DNA of 64,000 bases from Octopus sinensis (Eukaryota), in NCBI RefSeq assembly GCF_006345805.1, contig NC_043002.1, positions 9,548,001 through 9,612,000 on the forward strand, in the 5' to 3' direction. The translations under genes were made by a program, and so were the position numbers. Below the pieces are notes generated by a model. The model was not told the DNA's origin, did not search any database, and saw only the letters and a list, made by a program, of their open reading frames with translations. Shown here piece by piece: positions 1-12,973 of this stretch; position 1 is the first letter of the stretch, and the number at the start of each line of letters is the position of its first letter.

Positions 1-147
1 CATTAAATGATGATGAAACTAAGAGGGAGCAATGCTACTCTAGAAACACAGGCTTCTAAATAAAAACTAGCAACATGATGTATGATATTCTATTATGTAT
101 TTCAGCCCTAAGGCTGGGGCACCGCCATATTAATAAACATATATTTA

Positions 148-340
148 ATACCTATTTCTTTACTACCCACAAGGGGCTACACACAGAGAGGACAAACAAG
201 GACAGACAAAGGGATTAAGTTGATTATATCAACCCCAGTGCGTAACTGGTACTTAATTTATCGACCCCGAAAGGATGAAAGGTAAAAGTCGACCTCGGCA
301 GAATTTGAACTCAGATTGTAACAGCAGACGAAATACCTAT
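148..340 (-). mobile_element. tRNA-derived SINE family A, 5'-truncated at the internal GGTATTTCG
   Basis: Reverse complement of the gagttcaaatt...gtcgact...ttcatcctttcggggtcga...aaagaaata body shared with many copies in the window. Confidence 0.85.
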
Positions 341-1051
341 ATATCAATGCAAGCCTATAGAGATAGTTTAGACCATGTGATGGAGATGGAGAGAGAGTCC
401 TGTATGCCAAAACTATCACACTGTACCTCATACAATTCATCACTGTATGTTGGAAGTTATGTTGTTGCTATCTTAATGGAAGTATGATGATATAGCTGGA
501 AAGATGGATCCATTGGCTGTACTTTGTTGTCAATCAGAGCTGACCTGGGCTCTGCAAGAGTGACAACTTGCTGGGGCTGCCTGCTGGAGCCTAGTGGCAG
601 GTATTTAAAGGGAAAAATTTTGACAAGTCAGTCAGTCGCTGGCTGACACTCGTTGATGCTACACCGAAGAGGCCAGGGAACAGAAGAAAGAAGACATGCA
701 CCCAACACCACGTGTTTCGTAGCAGACCACGAAACACGGTTGTAATTCCTTCCTAAGAAAGAAAGAAGTTAGATATAGGTTCACACTTATTTAGTTAAAA
801 TCGAGACTAAATAAAAAGAACATATTTTTAAATGAATATTTTTGAGAGAAAAAGAATACATGAGTACCTTGTAGGGGTTTAGAATTGATGCTAGTTTTAC
901 TATAGAGGGAGGGAGCAAAAATAAATACAATGTGAAAAAAGTTTGATTTGAATTTTACCAAATGGTTTTGTACTTTATAATATCATTGTCCTTTTCTTTT
1001 TTTATAAGATGGATTCAATTTCTACTATATTGTTATTTACTCTTTATTTTC

Positions 1052-1109
1052 CTACTAAATACTTTTTTTTTCTTTTTCAGGTAAGTCAATATTTATGAAG
1101 ATTTTTCGG
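1052..1109 (+). promoter_or_regulatory. Candidate recursive splice site (3' splice site directly followed by a 5' splice site)
   Basis: ctactaaat branch-like motif, polypyrimidine tract, then CAG|GTAAGT at 1080/1081; second donor CGG|GTAAGG at 1109/1110. Confidence 0.55.
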
Positions 1110-1361
1110 GTAAGGTTGAAATCTTATGATCCAGGGCATTTTTCATGAATGTTGAGAATAGATTTTAGTGAGGTGCTATTGCAGAGCACTCATTTGTAAA
1201 CAGTTGTAAGTCATTGGCCTGCAAAATTTAAAACTGTTAGAGCAGTGGCTGAGCCTAAACTTCTGGCCCTGCGTTCAGGGTTGAAGGCTTTTGCTAACAG
1301 TAATTTCTGTAAGTACACATAACATCCTGTTTGTATCAGTTGATCTTCTTACCCTCATTAA

Positions 1362-1582
1362 CCCTTTCGTTACTGTATTTATTTTGAGATGCTCTGTGTT
1401 TCTTTCATTTACTTTAAATATAACAAAGAATTTAGTAAAATAACTTAGTTATCATTAAGCTAGTGTTAGGAACGTAAACTGTGACTAAGGTTTGGTGGAA
1501 GATTTTAATTCAAAACTTATGAAAACAAGACATTTGTACAACAGAGCCAGAGCCGGTTTCAGCTGAGTTGGTAACGAAAGGG
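1362..1582. mobile_element. piggyBac-type MITE family D (221 bp)
   Basis: TTAA on both sides, TIR CCCTTTCGTTAC/GTAACGAAAGGG; at least 6 copies in the window. Confidence 0.9.
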
Positions 1583-2257
1583 TTAAAGTGTTACTGTCCT
1601 AAAAAAAATAGTATTCCAATAATTCTTGTAAATGTTTAAATTGACAGTGCTATCCAACCAATACTGGAAATTGTAAATAAACAAATAAGAAAACTATCTC
1701 TTGAGATGGGATTGAATCAGTGAAAATTCTGTTGAATATATAAGCTGGAGTATGTAAAGGTTTTGTGAATCGCAACTCAATATCTTAGCTTTAGTTTTCT
1801 TTCACTGGAAGATGTGTAAATGATGTGTACATTTTAATTATGAAATGCATTTTTATTATACTGTTTTAATTACAGCAATTATTATTTTGTAAAAACATTG
1901 GTACATTTACTATCATATGGGAAGATAAAAAGTCAGGTTGCCCCGAGGTGAGTTAAGTCTGATGATTGAAATACCTAAAATATTATTGGTTCTAGTATTT
2001 GGCTGCAGTCACCTTCTCGGCTCTCATTTCACCTCGCTTCATAAAATATTAACCTCATTATCTTACTTTCTATGGGTTTGATGTATTGTACAAATTTTTT
2101 TCTCTTAGCAATTATTTTTGTTTGATAGAGAAACAAATAAGGAATGATGTGGCTTATTGAAAAATATCATTGATTAGAACCAGGACAAACTTAGAGATGA
2201 AAACCTGCTTGGTTAATAATACAGGACATTGCATGTATATTATCTACTTGTTTCTAA

Positions 2258-3118
2258 GGCGGCGAGCTGGCAGAAACATTAGTGCGCTGAGAGAAATACT
2301 TAGCTGTATTTTGTCTGCCGCTACGTTCTGAGTTTAAATTCCGCCGAGGTCGACTTTGCCTTTCATCCTTTCGGGGTCGATTAAATAAGTACCAGTTACG
2401 CACTGGGTTCGATATAATCGACTTAATCCGTTTGTCTGTCCTTGTTTGTCCCCTTGTGGATAGTAAAGAAATAGGTATTTTATTTGTCTTTATGTTCTGA
2501 GTTTAAATTCCGCCGAGGTCGACTTTTCCTTTCATCCTTTCGGGGTCGATTAAATAAGTACCAGTTACGCACTGGGTTCGATATAATCGACTTAATCCGT
2601 TTGTCTGTCCTTGTTTGTCCCCTTGTGGATAGTAAAGAAATAGGTATTTTATTTGTCTTTATGTTCTGAGTTTAAATTCCGCCGAGGTCGACTTTGCCTT
2701 TCATCCTTTCGGGGTCGATTAAATAAGTACCAGTTACGCACTGGGTTCGATATAATCGACTTAATCCGTTTGTCTGTCCTTGTTTGTCCCCTTGTGGATA
2801 GTAAAGAAATAGGTATTTTATTTGTCTTTATGTTCTGAGTTTAAATTCCGCCGAGGTCGACTTTGCCTTTCATCCTTTCGGGGTCAATTACATAAGTACC
2901 AGTTACACACTGGGGTCGATATAATCGACTTAATCCATTTGTCTGTCCTTGTTCGTCCCCTCCGTGTTTAGCCCCTTGTGGGTAGTAAAGAAATAGGTAT
3001 TTCGTTCTGAGTTCAAATTATCTTTCATCTTTTCGGGGTCGATAAATTAAGTACCAGTCGATCTAATTAACTGGCCCCCTCCCCCAAAATTTCGAGCCTT
3101 GTGCCTAGAGTAGGAAAG
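2258..3118 (+). mobile_element. SINE A multimer: one tRNA-like head plus five bodies (three near-identical 169-bp units)
   Basis: A box tggcagaaacattag and B box gagtttaaattcc; junctions at ggtat 2474, 2643, 2812, 2996; 17-bp TSD attatctacttgtttct at 2239-2255 and 3119-3135. Confidence 0.9.
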
Positions 3119-3623
3119 ATTATCTACTTGTTTCTCCACCTGCTCCTCCAAGACTGCCATACTATGTTAAGCTGAAAAAACCTCAATTGCAAAAATAAGC
3201 AAATATTCAAACTTGTAAAATACATTTGAGAATGTCGTTGCTTGCTGCAGATTTTCAACAGCAGATGCCTTTATCTGTTGCCAACCTTTACCTGTTTCTA
3301 TGCAATGTAAACAGACAGGGTGAGACATGTTTTTCATAATACTGATGCTTATTTACAATCATCACATGATATCAAGACAGGGGGTATTCCTCATTCCACA
3401 GGACAGGTTTCTTTCAGTTTCTCTACCAAATCCACTCACAAGGCTTTTGTCAACCTTAGACTATATAGCAGAAGGCTTTCCACAACCAGAAGTTACAGTA
3501 AAAGAAACAAGAAATAACTCATTTTGCCCCATACAAAAAACTTACGGAAGAAGGGAGATAATTCTGCTAGCTTTGATAGTAATACTTGGGCTTTGAGCAA
3601 CAGGGTGGTGTTATCGCAGTACT

Positions 3624-4100
3624 AGGTTTGCAAGGAATAAGTCCTGGGGTCGATTTCCTCAATATAAAATCCTTTAAGGCAGTGCACCAGCGTGGCCACA
3701 ATCAGGATGACTGAACCAAGTAAAAGAAAACTCATTTTCTCTCTTTTATCTTTCTACTTGTTTCAGTCATTTGGGGCACTGGCCTGAAAAGGCCTGGTGA
3801 AACAAACTGACTCCCCTTTACGTTTTTTTTTTTTTATAGTTTTGTTCTTATTATATCAGTCTCTTTTGCTGAAGTGTTATGTTATAGGGATGTAAACAAA
3901 CTGATTAAGTGGTAGGAAGACAAACATAAACAAACAAACACACACACAAAATATGCTTCTTAGAGTTTCTCTCTGGCAAGTCCATTCACAATGCTTTGGC
4001 CCAGAGATACAATAGCAGACATCTGCCCATGGTATCACACAGTGGGACTGAACCCAAGTCCACATGATTCGGAAGCAATCTTCTTAACCATACAATCACA
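3624..4100. mobile_element. Two degenerate SINE B pieces in opposite orientation
   Basis: aataagtcctggggtcgat...gactgaaccaagtaaaaga on +, then a diverged reverse copy (gggactgaaccc...cttaaccatac). Confidence 0.6.
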
Positions 4101-4269
4101 CCTTAAAACACACACACACTCGTTTATGTGTGTGTGAAAATGTTTAAAACCTTGTGTCAGCCCTTAATAAGCAGATCCATGATCATAATAATTTTTTCTT
4201 TATTTAATTTTCCCATGTAGCAAAGTGGCCAAGCTCCCTTCAAGTGTTGGGTGTCATGGAGGCAGTGAG

Positions 4270-4538
4270 CAAGACCGTAAGCATTATGAGAAGAAGACCC
4301 ATGAAGCTGGGTAAAATGGCAGTCATGGCAGATACCAGTACCATGCAAATGGTACCCATGCTGGTAGCATGTAAAACCACCCACCACTCTCTCAGAGTGG
4401 TTGGCGTTAGGAAGGGCATCCAGCCATAGAAAACCATGCCAATCAGACTGGATCTTGGTGCAGCCTTCCAGCATGCCAGACCAATCAAACTGTCCAACCC
4501 ATGCCTGCATGGACAATGGACATTAAATGACGATGATG
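4270..4538 (+). mobile_element. RTE LINE 3' end (5'-truncated)
   Basis: gagtggttggcgttaggaagggcatccagc core plus (GAT)n tail; the same sequence follows the RTE RT ORF at 36.7-37.6 kb. Confidence 0.8.
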
Positions 4539-4655
4539 AATATGACTGATAATGGTCTTGAAGGTTACTAAGATTTTGGCCTATTATATTCACTGGTTGG
4601 GTAGAACAACATTGTTAAGTATGAATATCTTTTGTTTTTGAATTTAGTTTATACG

Positions 4656-4900
4656 GCAAGTGAAATCGAAATCGATCAAAAAATCGATGGAAATTGTAGT
4701 TGTGATACCAGTGCCGGTGGCATGTAAAATGCACCCACTACACTCACGGAATGGTTGGCGTTAGGAAGGGCATCCAGCTGTAGAAACACTGCTAGATCAG
4801 ACTGGAGCCTGCTGCAGTCTCCTGGCTTCCCAGACCCTGGCCAAACCGCCCAACCCATGCTAGCATCGAAAACGGACATTAAACAATGATGATGATGATG
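4656..4900 (+). mobile_element. RTE LINE 3' end
   Basis: Same core plus (GAT)n tail. Confidence 0.85.
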
Positions 4901-5339
4901 ATTAAATAAGTTTACATAATAAAAACTTGGGTCAAATTTCACAGTAAGAGTCTGGAAGAGCTTAAGTGACTTCTTGAAATACAACTAGCTTGAATCTTTT
5001 CACATTATTTACTGCTTAATTATAAAAAAAGTTAAATGTTCTTGTTTGAATATAAGTTCCTATTGGGTTTTACAATGTGGTTTGTATTCTTGTAGCATTT
5101 TACTCCAATTACATTATACAATGCAAAGAGAAATGCATGAACATCACAGGTGCCCTTCCTCTCTGTTTGAATGCATGGCTTTTAGAGAAGGCAATAAGAA
5201 ACTGAATCAGAGCAACTTCCCAGATTCAAAGTAAGTTAGGTATATACATTTTGTAAAGAAAAATACTAAACGTTATTCCTAAGTCAATCACAAATGATTC
5301 TTAGCTAACATACTATTGATACTAGTAATATTGATTTGA

Positions 5340-5646
5340 CACCATTCGAGCGGGATCGTTACTAGCGTCGCCTTACTGGCACCTGTGCCAGTGGTATGTG
5401 TAAAAGATTTGAGCGAGGTCGTTGCCAGTGCTGTATGACTGGCACCCATGCCGGTGGCACGTAAAAAAGCACCCACTACACCCTCAGAGTGGTTGGCGTT
5501 AGGAAGGGCATCCAGCTGTAGAAACTCTGCCATATCAAGATTGGAGCCTGGTGCAGCCCTCTGGTTCACCAGCCCTCAGTCATTCGTCCAACCCATGCTA
5601 GCTGGAAAGTGGACGTTAAACGATGATGATGATGATGATGATGATG
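5340..5646 (+). mobile_element. RTE LINE 3' end
   Basis: Same core, about 60-bp subrepeats, ggacgttaaac(gat)n tail. Confidence 0.85.
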
Positions 5647-6804
5647 GCACATGGCCAGAAATTTTGAGGGTGAGGTATAGTTGATTAACCTAACCTGTGC
5701 CACTAGTACTTGCTTTACATCACCCACCCCACGAAAAGACAAAGCATTAAATTGACCTTGATGTTAGTTGAGATCAATGTTGATGTATAACCGATGCATC
5801 AAGATGTTTTGTTTGTCAGATTGCCAGTTCAGCCGTTCTGTTGCACTTTATAATTAGTAGTATTGGAGTACCAGTACTTTTTAGTTTTTTTTCTTTTCTA
5901 TTTTATTGCTAAAGAGAAAACAAACCAGGATTAAACCTGAGCTTTATGTAAAGATGAAAAGAATATAAGATTTATTTGCATGTTTATGTTGTGTGTATTT
6001 CATATATCTTCACAGATTTGCAATCATAGCTTTCTATCTTAAAAAGCTCGGTGACAGAAGACAGATAAAAGAAATAAGATTATATACTGTATAAGCATAT
6101 ATTATGCAAATGCGATTCATACACACACATACGCGCGCACACAAACAAAGAAAATATGGTTATTGTAGTTTGTAGCAAAGAATATTAAAGAAAATGGCTT
6201 ATGCAGTTTAAGAGGAAATAACTCTGCAAATACTCAGAAATTATCTCCCTTGAAAAGGGATTTTTTTCTCTCTTTTTCTCTCAAGTCACCGAAAATGTCT
6301 TATTAAAAAAGATTGTGTGGAGTTTATTTTGAAATATAAATGTGCATTGAATCGAATGTTGGCATAACACAATCATTAAAACATTTAGCTCAGTACTGAA
6401 AATAACCAAAAATTTATTAGAATGAATTGCTCCACTGTCATTAAAACTCTCTCTCTGCCAGAGTGCCTCTACATAGTTGTTCGACTTACAAACAACCAAA
6501 TCTCTCTACCCCCCCTCTTATACTAACCCCCTTGAGGTCATCCCTAGTTGTTGTTGAAGGGATCCAAATTAAGATCTTTCAGAATTACACGCTAATTTCT
6601 GTCTCAAGCATCAGCTTGATAGTAACAAAATTATTTTAATTAAATTCTATTCCAATAATTAATTGAAATAAAGGCATTGTATTTTGGTAGGTGCCACGTT
6701 TTCTGGCACCTAATGAAAAGTGCTCCAGGCTGGTCACGTCCCTGGGGAATCTGACATTGTTCAAGGCAGATCGAGCTGGTTTCCATGAACATTTTCTAAG
6801 CAAA

Positions 6805-7124
6805 GATGACTGCTCCAAAGAAGGCCAAGATCGTTTCATGTACAGGAAAGGTGATGGCCTCAGTGTTTTGGGATGCAAAAGGCATTGTGCTTATTGAGTA
6901 TCTTCAAAAATGCACACCATCAATGGAGAGTACAATGCCTACATGCTGAGGCACTTACAAAAAGAGTGGCTGTGTTGTAAGTAGCTTGCTTACCAACCAC
7001 TTGGCTCCGGGTTCAGTCCCACTGCGTGGCACCATGGGCAAGTGTCTTCTACTATAGCCTCAGGCCGACCAAAGCCTTGAGAGTGGATTTGGTAGACGGA
7101 AACTGAAAGAAGCCTGTCGTATAA

Positions 7125-7175
<51 letters not shown>

Positions 7176-7882
7176 TATGTATTACTACACTCTCGGAGTG
7201 GTTGGCGTTAGGAAGGGCTTCCAGCTGTAGAAACACTGCCAGATCAGACTGGAGCTTGGTGCAGCATCCTGGCTTCCCAGACCCCAGTTGAACCGTCCAA
7301 CCCATGCTAGCATGGAAAATGGACGTTAAATGATGATGATGTGTGTGTGTCTGTGTTTGTCCTCCCAACATTGCTTGATAACCAATGCTGGTGTGTTTAT
7401 GTCCCCGTAACTTAGCGGTTCGGCAAAAGAGACCGATAGAATAAGTACTAGGCTTACAAAGAATAAGTCCTGGGGGCGATTTGCTCAACTGAAGGCGGTG
7501 CTCCAGCATGGCCGCAGTCAAAATAACTGAAACAAGTAAAAGAGTAGGATAAAACACCTTGGAAACTGAATGCTCCAACACATAGTCATTGATTTCAATG
7601 ACTGTTGTGCATGACTGTAGCATTGGATTTGGCCCCATCTGACTGACTATCATCTGTTCCCCAGCATGAAAAGACCCTTGGCTGGGAACCAGTATCCCAA
7701 TGATGATGATGATGTCATATCTGCTGTTGATGACTTTTTTTGGCCAACAGGACGAAAGCCCTTCAATTGGATTGAAGTGCTGCAACCTCAGTGCAAGGGG
7801 ATTACGTTGTAAAATAAACTTCATTTGGTCACGTTTCATAAAAGTATTTTGATCAGCCGATGAACTTTTCAGCCGACCCTTG
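6805..7882 (+). pseudogene. Mariner transposase remnant (3' half plus right-end TIR), interrupted by a SINE
   Basis: Translates as PKKAKIVSCTGKVMASVFWDAKGIVLIEYLQK..INGEY, then DLAPSD..YHLFPSMKRPLAG..DDDVISAVDDFF..GDYV (mariner YSPDLAPSD motif); ends aacttttcagccgaccct. Confidence 0.85.
6964..7545 (+). mobile_element. SINE family B (tRNA head, CORE-like catgggcaagt) with a nested RTE tail at 7184-7341
   Basis: tggctgtgttgtaag A box, gggttcagtccc B box, tail gaaacaagtaaaagag; RTE core plus (GAT)n inserted in the internal (TA)n/(TG)n tract. Confidence 0.9.
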
Positions 7883-8103
7883 CTATATCCCAGAGTTTGA
7901 GTGAACATGATACATAGTTACACATTTAAACGTTTTTTCTGTATTGTGTTTCTCTGAAAATTTTCAGCATATATTTTACTGGATTACACTTCGGAATTTT
8001 ACTTTTTGCGTGCATGTATGTATGTTCTTTTTTCATTGCAAACCAAATCCAAAAGTGAAATACAAATAACATTGTTGTCCTCTTTTATTTTGTATTATAG
8101 TAA

Positions 8104-8564
8104 TCTCTATATATATATATATATACGGCAAAATGTCTGTGTGTGTATCCTTTATACAAATCCACAATTTTTCCAGTTAGAGGGCTCGCACTTTCTATGG
8201 TCATTCAAAACCGTCCAAGGGTGGTTGTGCACATCTTTACATTTCCCCAGTCACCCCGCAAAGCCATTAAAAAATCAATAGAAGTGACTTTTTTGTGAAT
8301 TTTCTATCCAAAAGCCAATCAAAATGCCCGAAACTTGATACGCCAATTGAATGCCAGCTACCTGTATGTGATTGGTTGGAGATTTGGACAGTACCCGGAG
8401 ATTTGGACAGTATGTGATTGGTTGGAGATTTGGACAGATTTGCCGGGTCATAGTGCTGGTGCATGCATATAATATTTTATGTTAGGCATTTTTATGGACA
8501 GTACTCGTATGTATGTGCGCACGCACTAGCACTATGACCTGGCGTTGCTGGGTCATAATGCTAG
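8104..8564 (+). mobile_element. Non-autonomous Helitron family G (long variant)
   Basis: A|TC 5' end, CTAG|T 3' end, terminal hairpin ctagcactatgacc...ggtcataatgctag, no TSD. Confidence 0.85.
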
Positions 8565-8913
8565 TAATTACTAGCAGAAAATGCTAAGTTTTTCCCTTTT
8601 TAAACATATTTATAGTTAATCCTTTTGATACTACCCTACTTGGGATTGCTTCTTGTTCTGTGAGACAAAGTTGCTTGTTTCAAAATGTTCATATTTAAAA
8701 CAGTCTTTTTATAATTTTAGATAAAAAATATCATGTAACTGCAACAAATGCTAGTTTTATAAAGAAAAGTGAATTATTTTGCAAAATACTTTCAAACTCG
8801 TGGTTATTTTAAAAATGAATTTAAATGCATAGGTAATGTTTCATGAGAAAAATGGTCTTGAAAAGTAATTCTACATGAGTGCTTCATGTATTTTAAGGTT
8901 TGATGGTTGTTTG

Positions 8914-10525
8914 GAGTCAAAGCAAATAGCAAGAAGCGTTCCCTCTGACATTCTAATAACTGCCAATTCACCACCTAAATTATAAATAATAATTTTATTT
9001 TAGAAAACATTACAGTGATACTGTATTACGGAAAGTGGTATGAAGAAGATGCTATTGAATTTCTAGTCTTTTGAAACAATGAAAGGGATTAAAAACATTG
9101 ACTTAATATATTCATTGCTATGGACTATTATTATGAGCTTGACATTTAGTAATGTTAGTATTGGCTGACCTTTCTTTAAGTGGTACCATATGCATTTACC
9201 CTGTTATAAAATAATCTGTCCTCCATCGAAGGTACGACTGTCGAATACAGTTTTATAATTCATGACATTTAAGCATCATTATACTTCCAAAGTTTTAGTT
9301 ACAAGTGTGTGTGTGTGTGTGTGCGTGCACGCAATAGACTGAATATTTCAGAGCAGAGGATGTAGGGTTGATGTTTCAAATCCTCTATAATGTAATTATG
9401 ACTGACGGAAACAAAATGCAAAAATGTTTACATGCTCAGCTGTAATTGAATTAGTTCAAGCCTGGGTTAATGTTTGCCTGGCCTGTCCTCCTATGTCCAT
9501 CCTTATTTCTTTTGATATGATGGCTTTGGCTGTTTGTATTATACTTATTTGCTCTATAATTCTTCCTTACTGATTTGCTGGGGTAAATAAATGCATTTGA
9601 ATCGAGTTATTATGAAGCAAAGCACATTTTTGTACTCTACTTGACTGGCACCCTGTTTCACTTTATGGTTGAGTGATGAGTAGGAGGGAGGACATTTTCT
9701 GTAAGTATGGCTTTGTTGCAGAGAGAGAGAAACTCAAGCAAAAATAAAAACAAGTTAAAACATTTGGATTATAATTGAGGTGGTCGCTTGAACTAATTTC
9801 TCCCATGTTCAGGAAGTGGGGAGATTGTTTAAAACAGACAGATTAAGATAAATTGTTAAAATAACATAAAAGGGTATCATTTAGTCCCAGGTCAATGCTT
9901 ATTCAGCTAAGCTATGTTTGAAAGAACTTCAGCTGAGATCCCTTAGTCTCTTGGTCTTTCCAGGGTTACATACTATATCCTCCTTTTCTAAAACAATAGA
10001 GTGTGGTTGCTATTTTAGCAGGGTAATGACTACAGAAAGACTACATATGTATGTATTGAATGAGATGTGACTTCCCAACCCATCTAGGAGGGTATTAACT
10101 CTAAATACATACTAGCCTAATACCAGCCCTATAGACAGAGAAATGTAAATATGCAAAGAAATTTTCAATTTACACCTTGATTGAATGTTTAAATGTCTTA
10201 AATTACATTAACAGTCTGTAGCTACCCTGTCATAAACATGTTGCATTGAAACATTTTTAGTCTGATTATTATGTCTTTTACATGGGATTATGAGCCAATG
10301 GCTCATAATAATAGGCCATAGCAATGAATATATTAAGTCAATGTTTTTAATCCCTTTCATTGTTTCAAAAGACTAGAAATTCAATAGCATCTTTTTAATA
10401 CCACTTTCCGTAATACAGTATCACTGTAATGCTTCCTAAAATAAAATTATTATTTATAATTTAGGTGGTGAATTGGCAGTTATTAGAATGTCAGAGGGAA
10501 CGCTTCTTGTTATTTGCTTTGACTC
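8914..10525. repeat. 225-bp inverted repeat pair (8914-9138 and 10301-10525)
   Basis: Arms are reverse complements with about 6 mismatches by eye. Confidence 0.95.
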
Positions 10526-10871
10526 ACTTTGCTCCAAGTTCAAATCCTGCCAGTATCAACTTTGCCTTTCGTTCTTTTGGGGTGTGTGTATATGGTACTA
10601 AATTTGAGTGGCCAGTTTGAGATAGCCATAATAATACTACTATGTTTATGTTCTTAACTTAAAACCTTATTGGGTTTCTTAATATAATGTCATATACACA
10701 CTTTTGCTTTCCTAGACAATCTTGGGAGGAGATGAATTTAATTTTCAGAGGCATAAATTTAGTCCTACAATTACATCTTCATCAGTCTTATATATATGTA
10801 AGATATATATATATATACACACATACACATATATATAGATATATATATATTATATGTGTGTGTGTATGTAT

Positions 10872-11069
10872 TGGCACCTGTGCCGGTGGCGTGTAAAAAG
10901 CACCCACTACAGTCATGGAGTGGATGGCGTTAGGAAGGGCATCCAGCTGTAGAAACACTGCCAGATCAGACTGGAGCCTGGTGCAGCCACCTGGCTTCCC
11001 AGTCCCCGGTCAAACTGTCCAACCCATGCTAGCATGGAAAACAGACGTTAAACGATGATGATGATGATG
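10872..11069 (+). mobile_element. RTE LINE 3' end
   Basis: Core plus (GAT)n tail. Confidence 0.85.
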
Positions 11070-11640
11070 AGTCTGGCTATGCAAATCCAGCACTACCACT
11101 ACTATAGCTGTCTCACTTAGGTTCCTCCATCCCTCTTTTCTTTGTTACACGTCCTCACAATTGTTTTACATGCCTTCCTTATAAGTTTTATTTATTTTCC
11201 GATACTGTCAGCTTTGCCTTCAAAGGCAATGCTAGGGAGCCAATAAAGTTTTAAGTTTTTATGAGTGCATATAAAATACTTTTAACACAGCTGCCTCAGT
11301 CTGGTTACAGCCATGCTCTCTACATACAAGTATATGGAAAATGAGTGTTCATTCATGCTTGTATATCTGTAATACGTGTGCACACCGACATGCTCATATG
11401 TCAACAACGAAAGAATTTATTTGGTGTGACATCTTTTAGTGAGTGCATACATTTTTGTGTGTACACATCTACATGCACATTTCTCTGTGTGTGCTAGTCC
11501 ATCACAAGATTACTCATTTTCGCCAGCTGAGTAGACTGAAGCAACATGAAATGAAGTTTTTTTGCTCAAGAACACAACACCCAGTTCTACTTACACACAT
11601 TTATTAATTTGAGCTAAGACCATTATACATAAATACATAT

Positions 11641-11932
11641 GAGCGTGATCGTTACCAGTATCGCCTTAGTGGCACCTGTGCTGGTGGCATGTGTAAAAAG
11701 ATTCGAGCGAGGTCATTGCCAGTACTGCCTGACTGGCCCCCATGCCGGTGGCACGTAAAAGCACCCACTACACTCTTGGAGTGGTTGGCATTAGGAAGGG
11801 CATCCAGCTGTAGAAACTCTGCCAAATCAAGATTGGAGTTTGGTGCAGCCATCTGGTTCACCAGCCCTCAGTCAAAATCGTCCAACCCATGCTAGCATGG
11901 AAAGCAGACATTAAACGATGATGATGATGATG
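11641..11932 (+). mobile_element. RTE LINE 3' end
   Basis: Core plus (GAT)n tail. Confidence 0.85.
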
Positions 11933-12014
11933 ACTATCTAAGCACTAAAACGTGCATGTTAGTACACTTTTGCGAACTATTTAATCCTTATTGGACATCA
12001 AGTTGGGGAAGATT

Positions 12015-12360
12015 CTAACAATTTCTTCTACCTGGGCCGTGTGATCAGTGATGGAAGAATAGTAAGTGATGTGAACAAGAGAATTAGCAATGTAGGAGCA
12101 AGAACAAAAATTAATTCTGATATGAATGAAGTTTTGGCTATAACAATGCTAAACAAGGAAAGTCTCCAAGAAACTGGACACACTCCACCAACAATGTCTA
12201 CAGAAGAACCTCAGAATCACTTGGTAAGATGACATTACACTTGAGAAAATCTTTCTGTGAAACCCTGTGAGGCTGCATTGATTTTGCCTTGCACTTGGCA
12301 TGCAATGACTGCAGTGAAGAAAATACCGGAAGAAGGATAATGAGGAAATGGTTTTGGGCA
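12015..12360 (+). pseudogene. Old non-LTR (RTE-like) RT fragment
   Basis: FFYLGRVISDGRIVSDVNKRISN resembles the RTE FxYLGSxI...EIxxRI thumb motif. Confidence 0.55.
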
Positions 12361-12973
12361 CCAGCTGAACACTTGATATGATGTAATCATCTAACCCCTT
12401 GCCTCAAAGTTGCTGGCCTTGTGCCAAATTTGAAATCAATATGAAGGATTTATTCCTTAATATTTCAAACTAATAAACATTGTGTGGAGTTGGTGGAGTC
12501 TAAAATTAAGTATTGAGGATTAGTTGGTATAATATTGAGAGCTTTAGCTGGATAAACGTAAGCTGTTAAGATATATATAATCAGGATAAAGCGCCAGTAA
12601 GACTAAGAGTGAGACTAATTTATATTAACGAGGCTATTGAGAAAATTACAATTTTCAAATTCATTCTGTATTTATATTGTTCTGTGGGTAAGGTGTCTTG
12701 TTTGAAACAATTTAATTATTAATTTTTTTAAAGGAGACCTAATTTGCTTCATCTCTTCCATTCTAAAAGTCAAATTGAGTAATATTGTTTGGTAAATTTT
12801 AAATACTTGGGAGAATTTTTTTTCTTCTAATCTTCCTTAGCAAAGATGACAGGAGGATATAAGTAAAGAGAGACCATTCAGATACAAAATCCCCTGAATT
12901 TCACATTTTTCCTTGCTAGATCTTTTCATTAAAAAAAAAAAGGACAACTATTTTGATTCGTAATTCTCGTTTA

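Noticed and set aside
2474-3000. 169-bp repeats as a CRISPR array or repeated small genes
   Set aside because: No unique spacers, eukaryotic context; the units are SINE bodies
7060-7908. 282-aa minus-strand ORF
   Set aside because: Runs antisense through mariner, SINE B, an RTE tail and (TA)n; a chance composite
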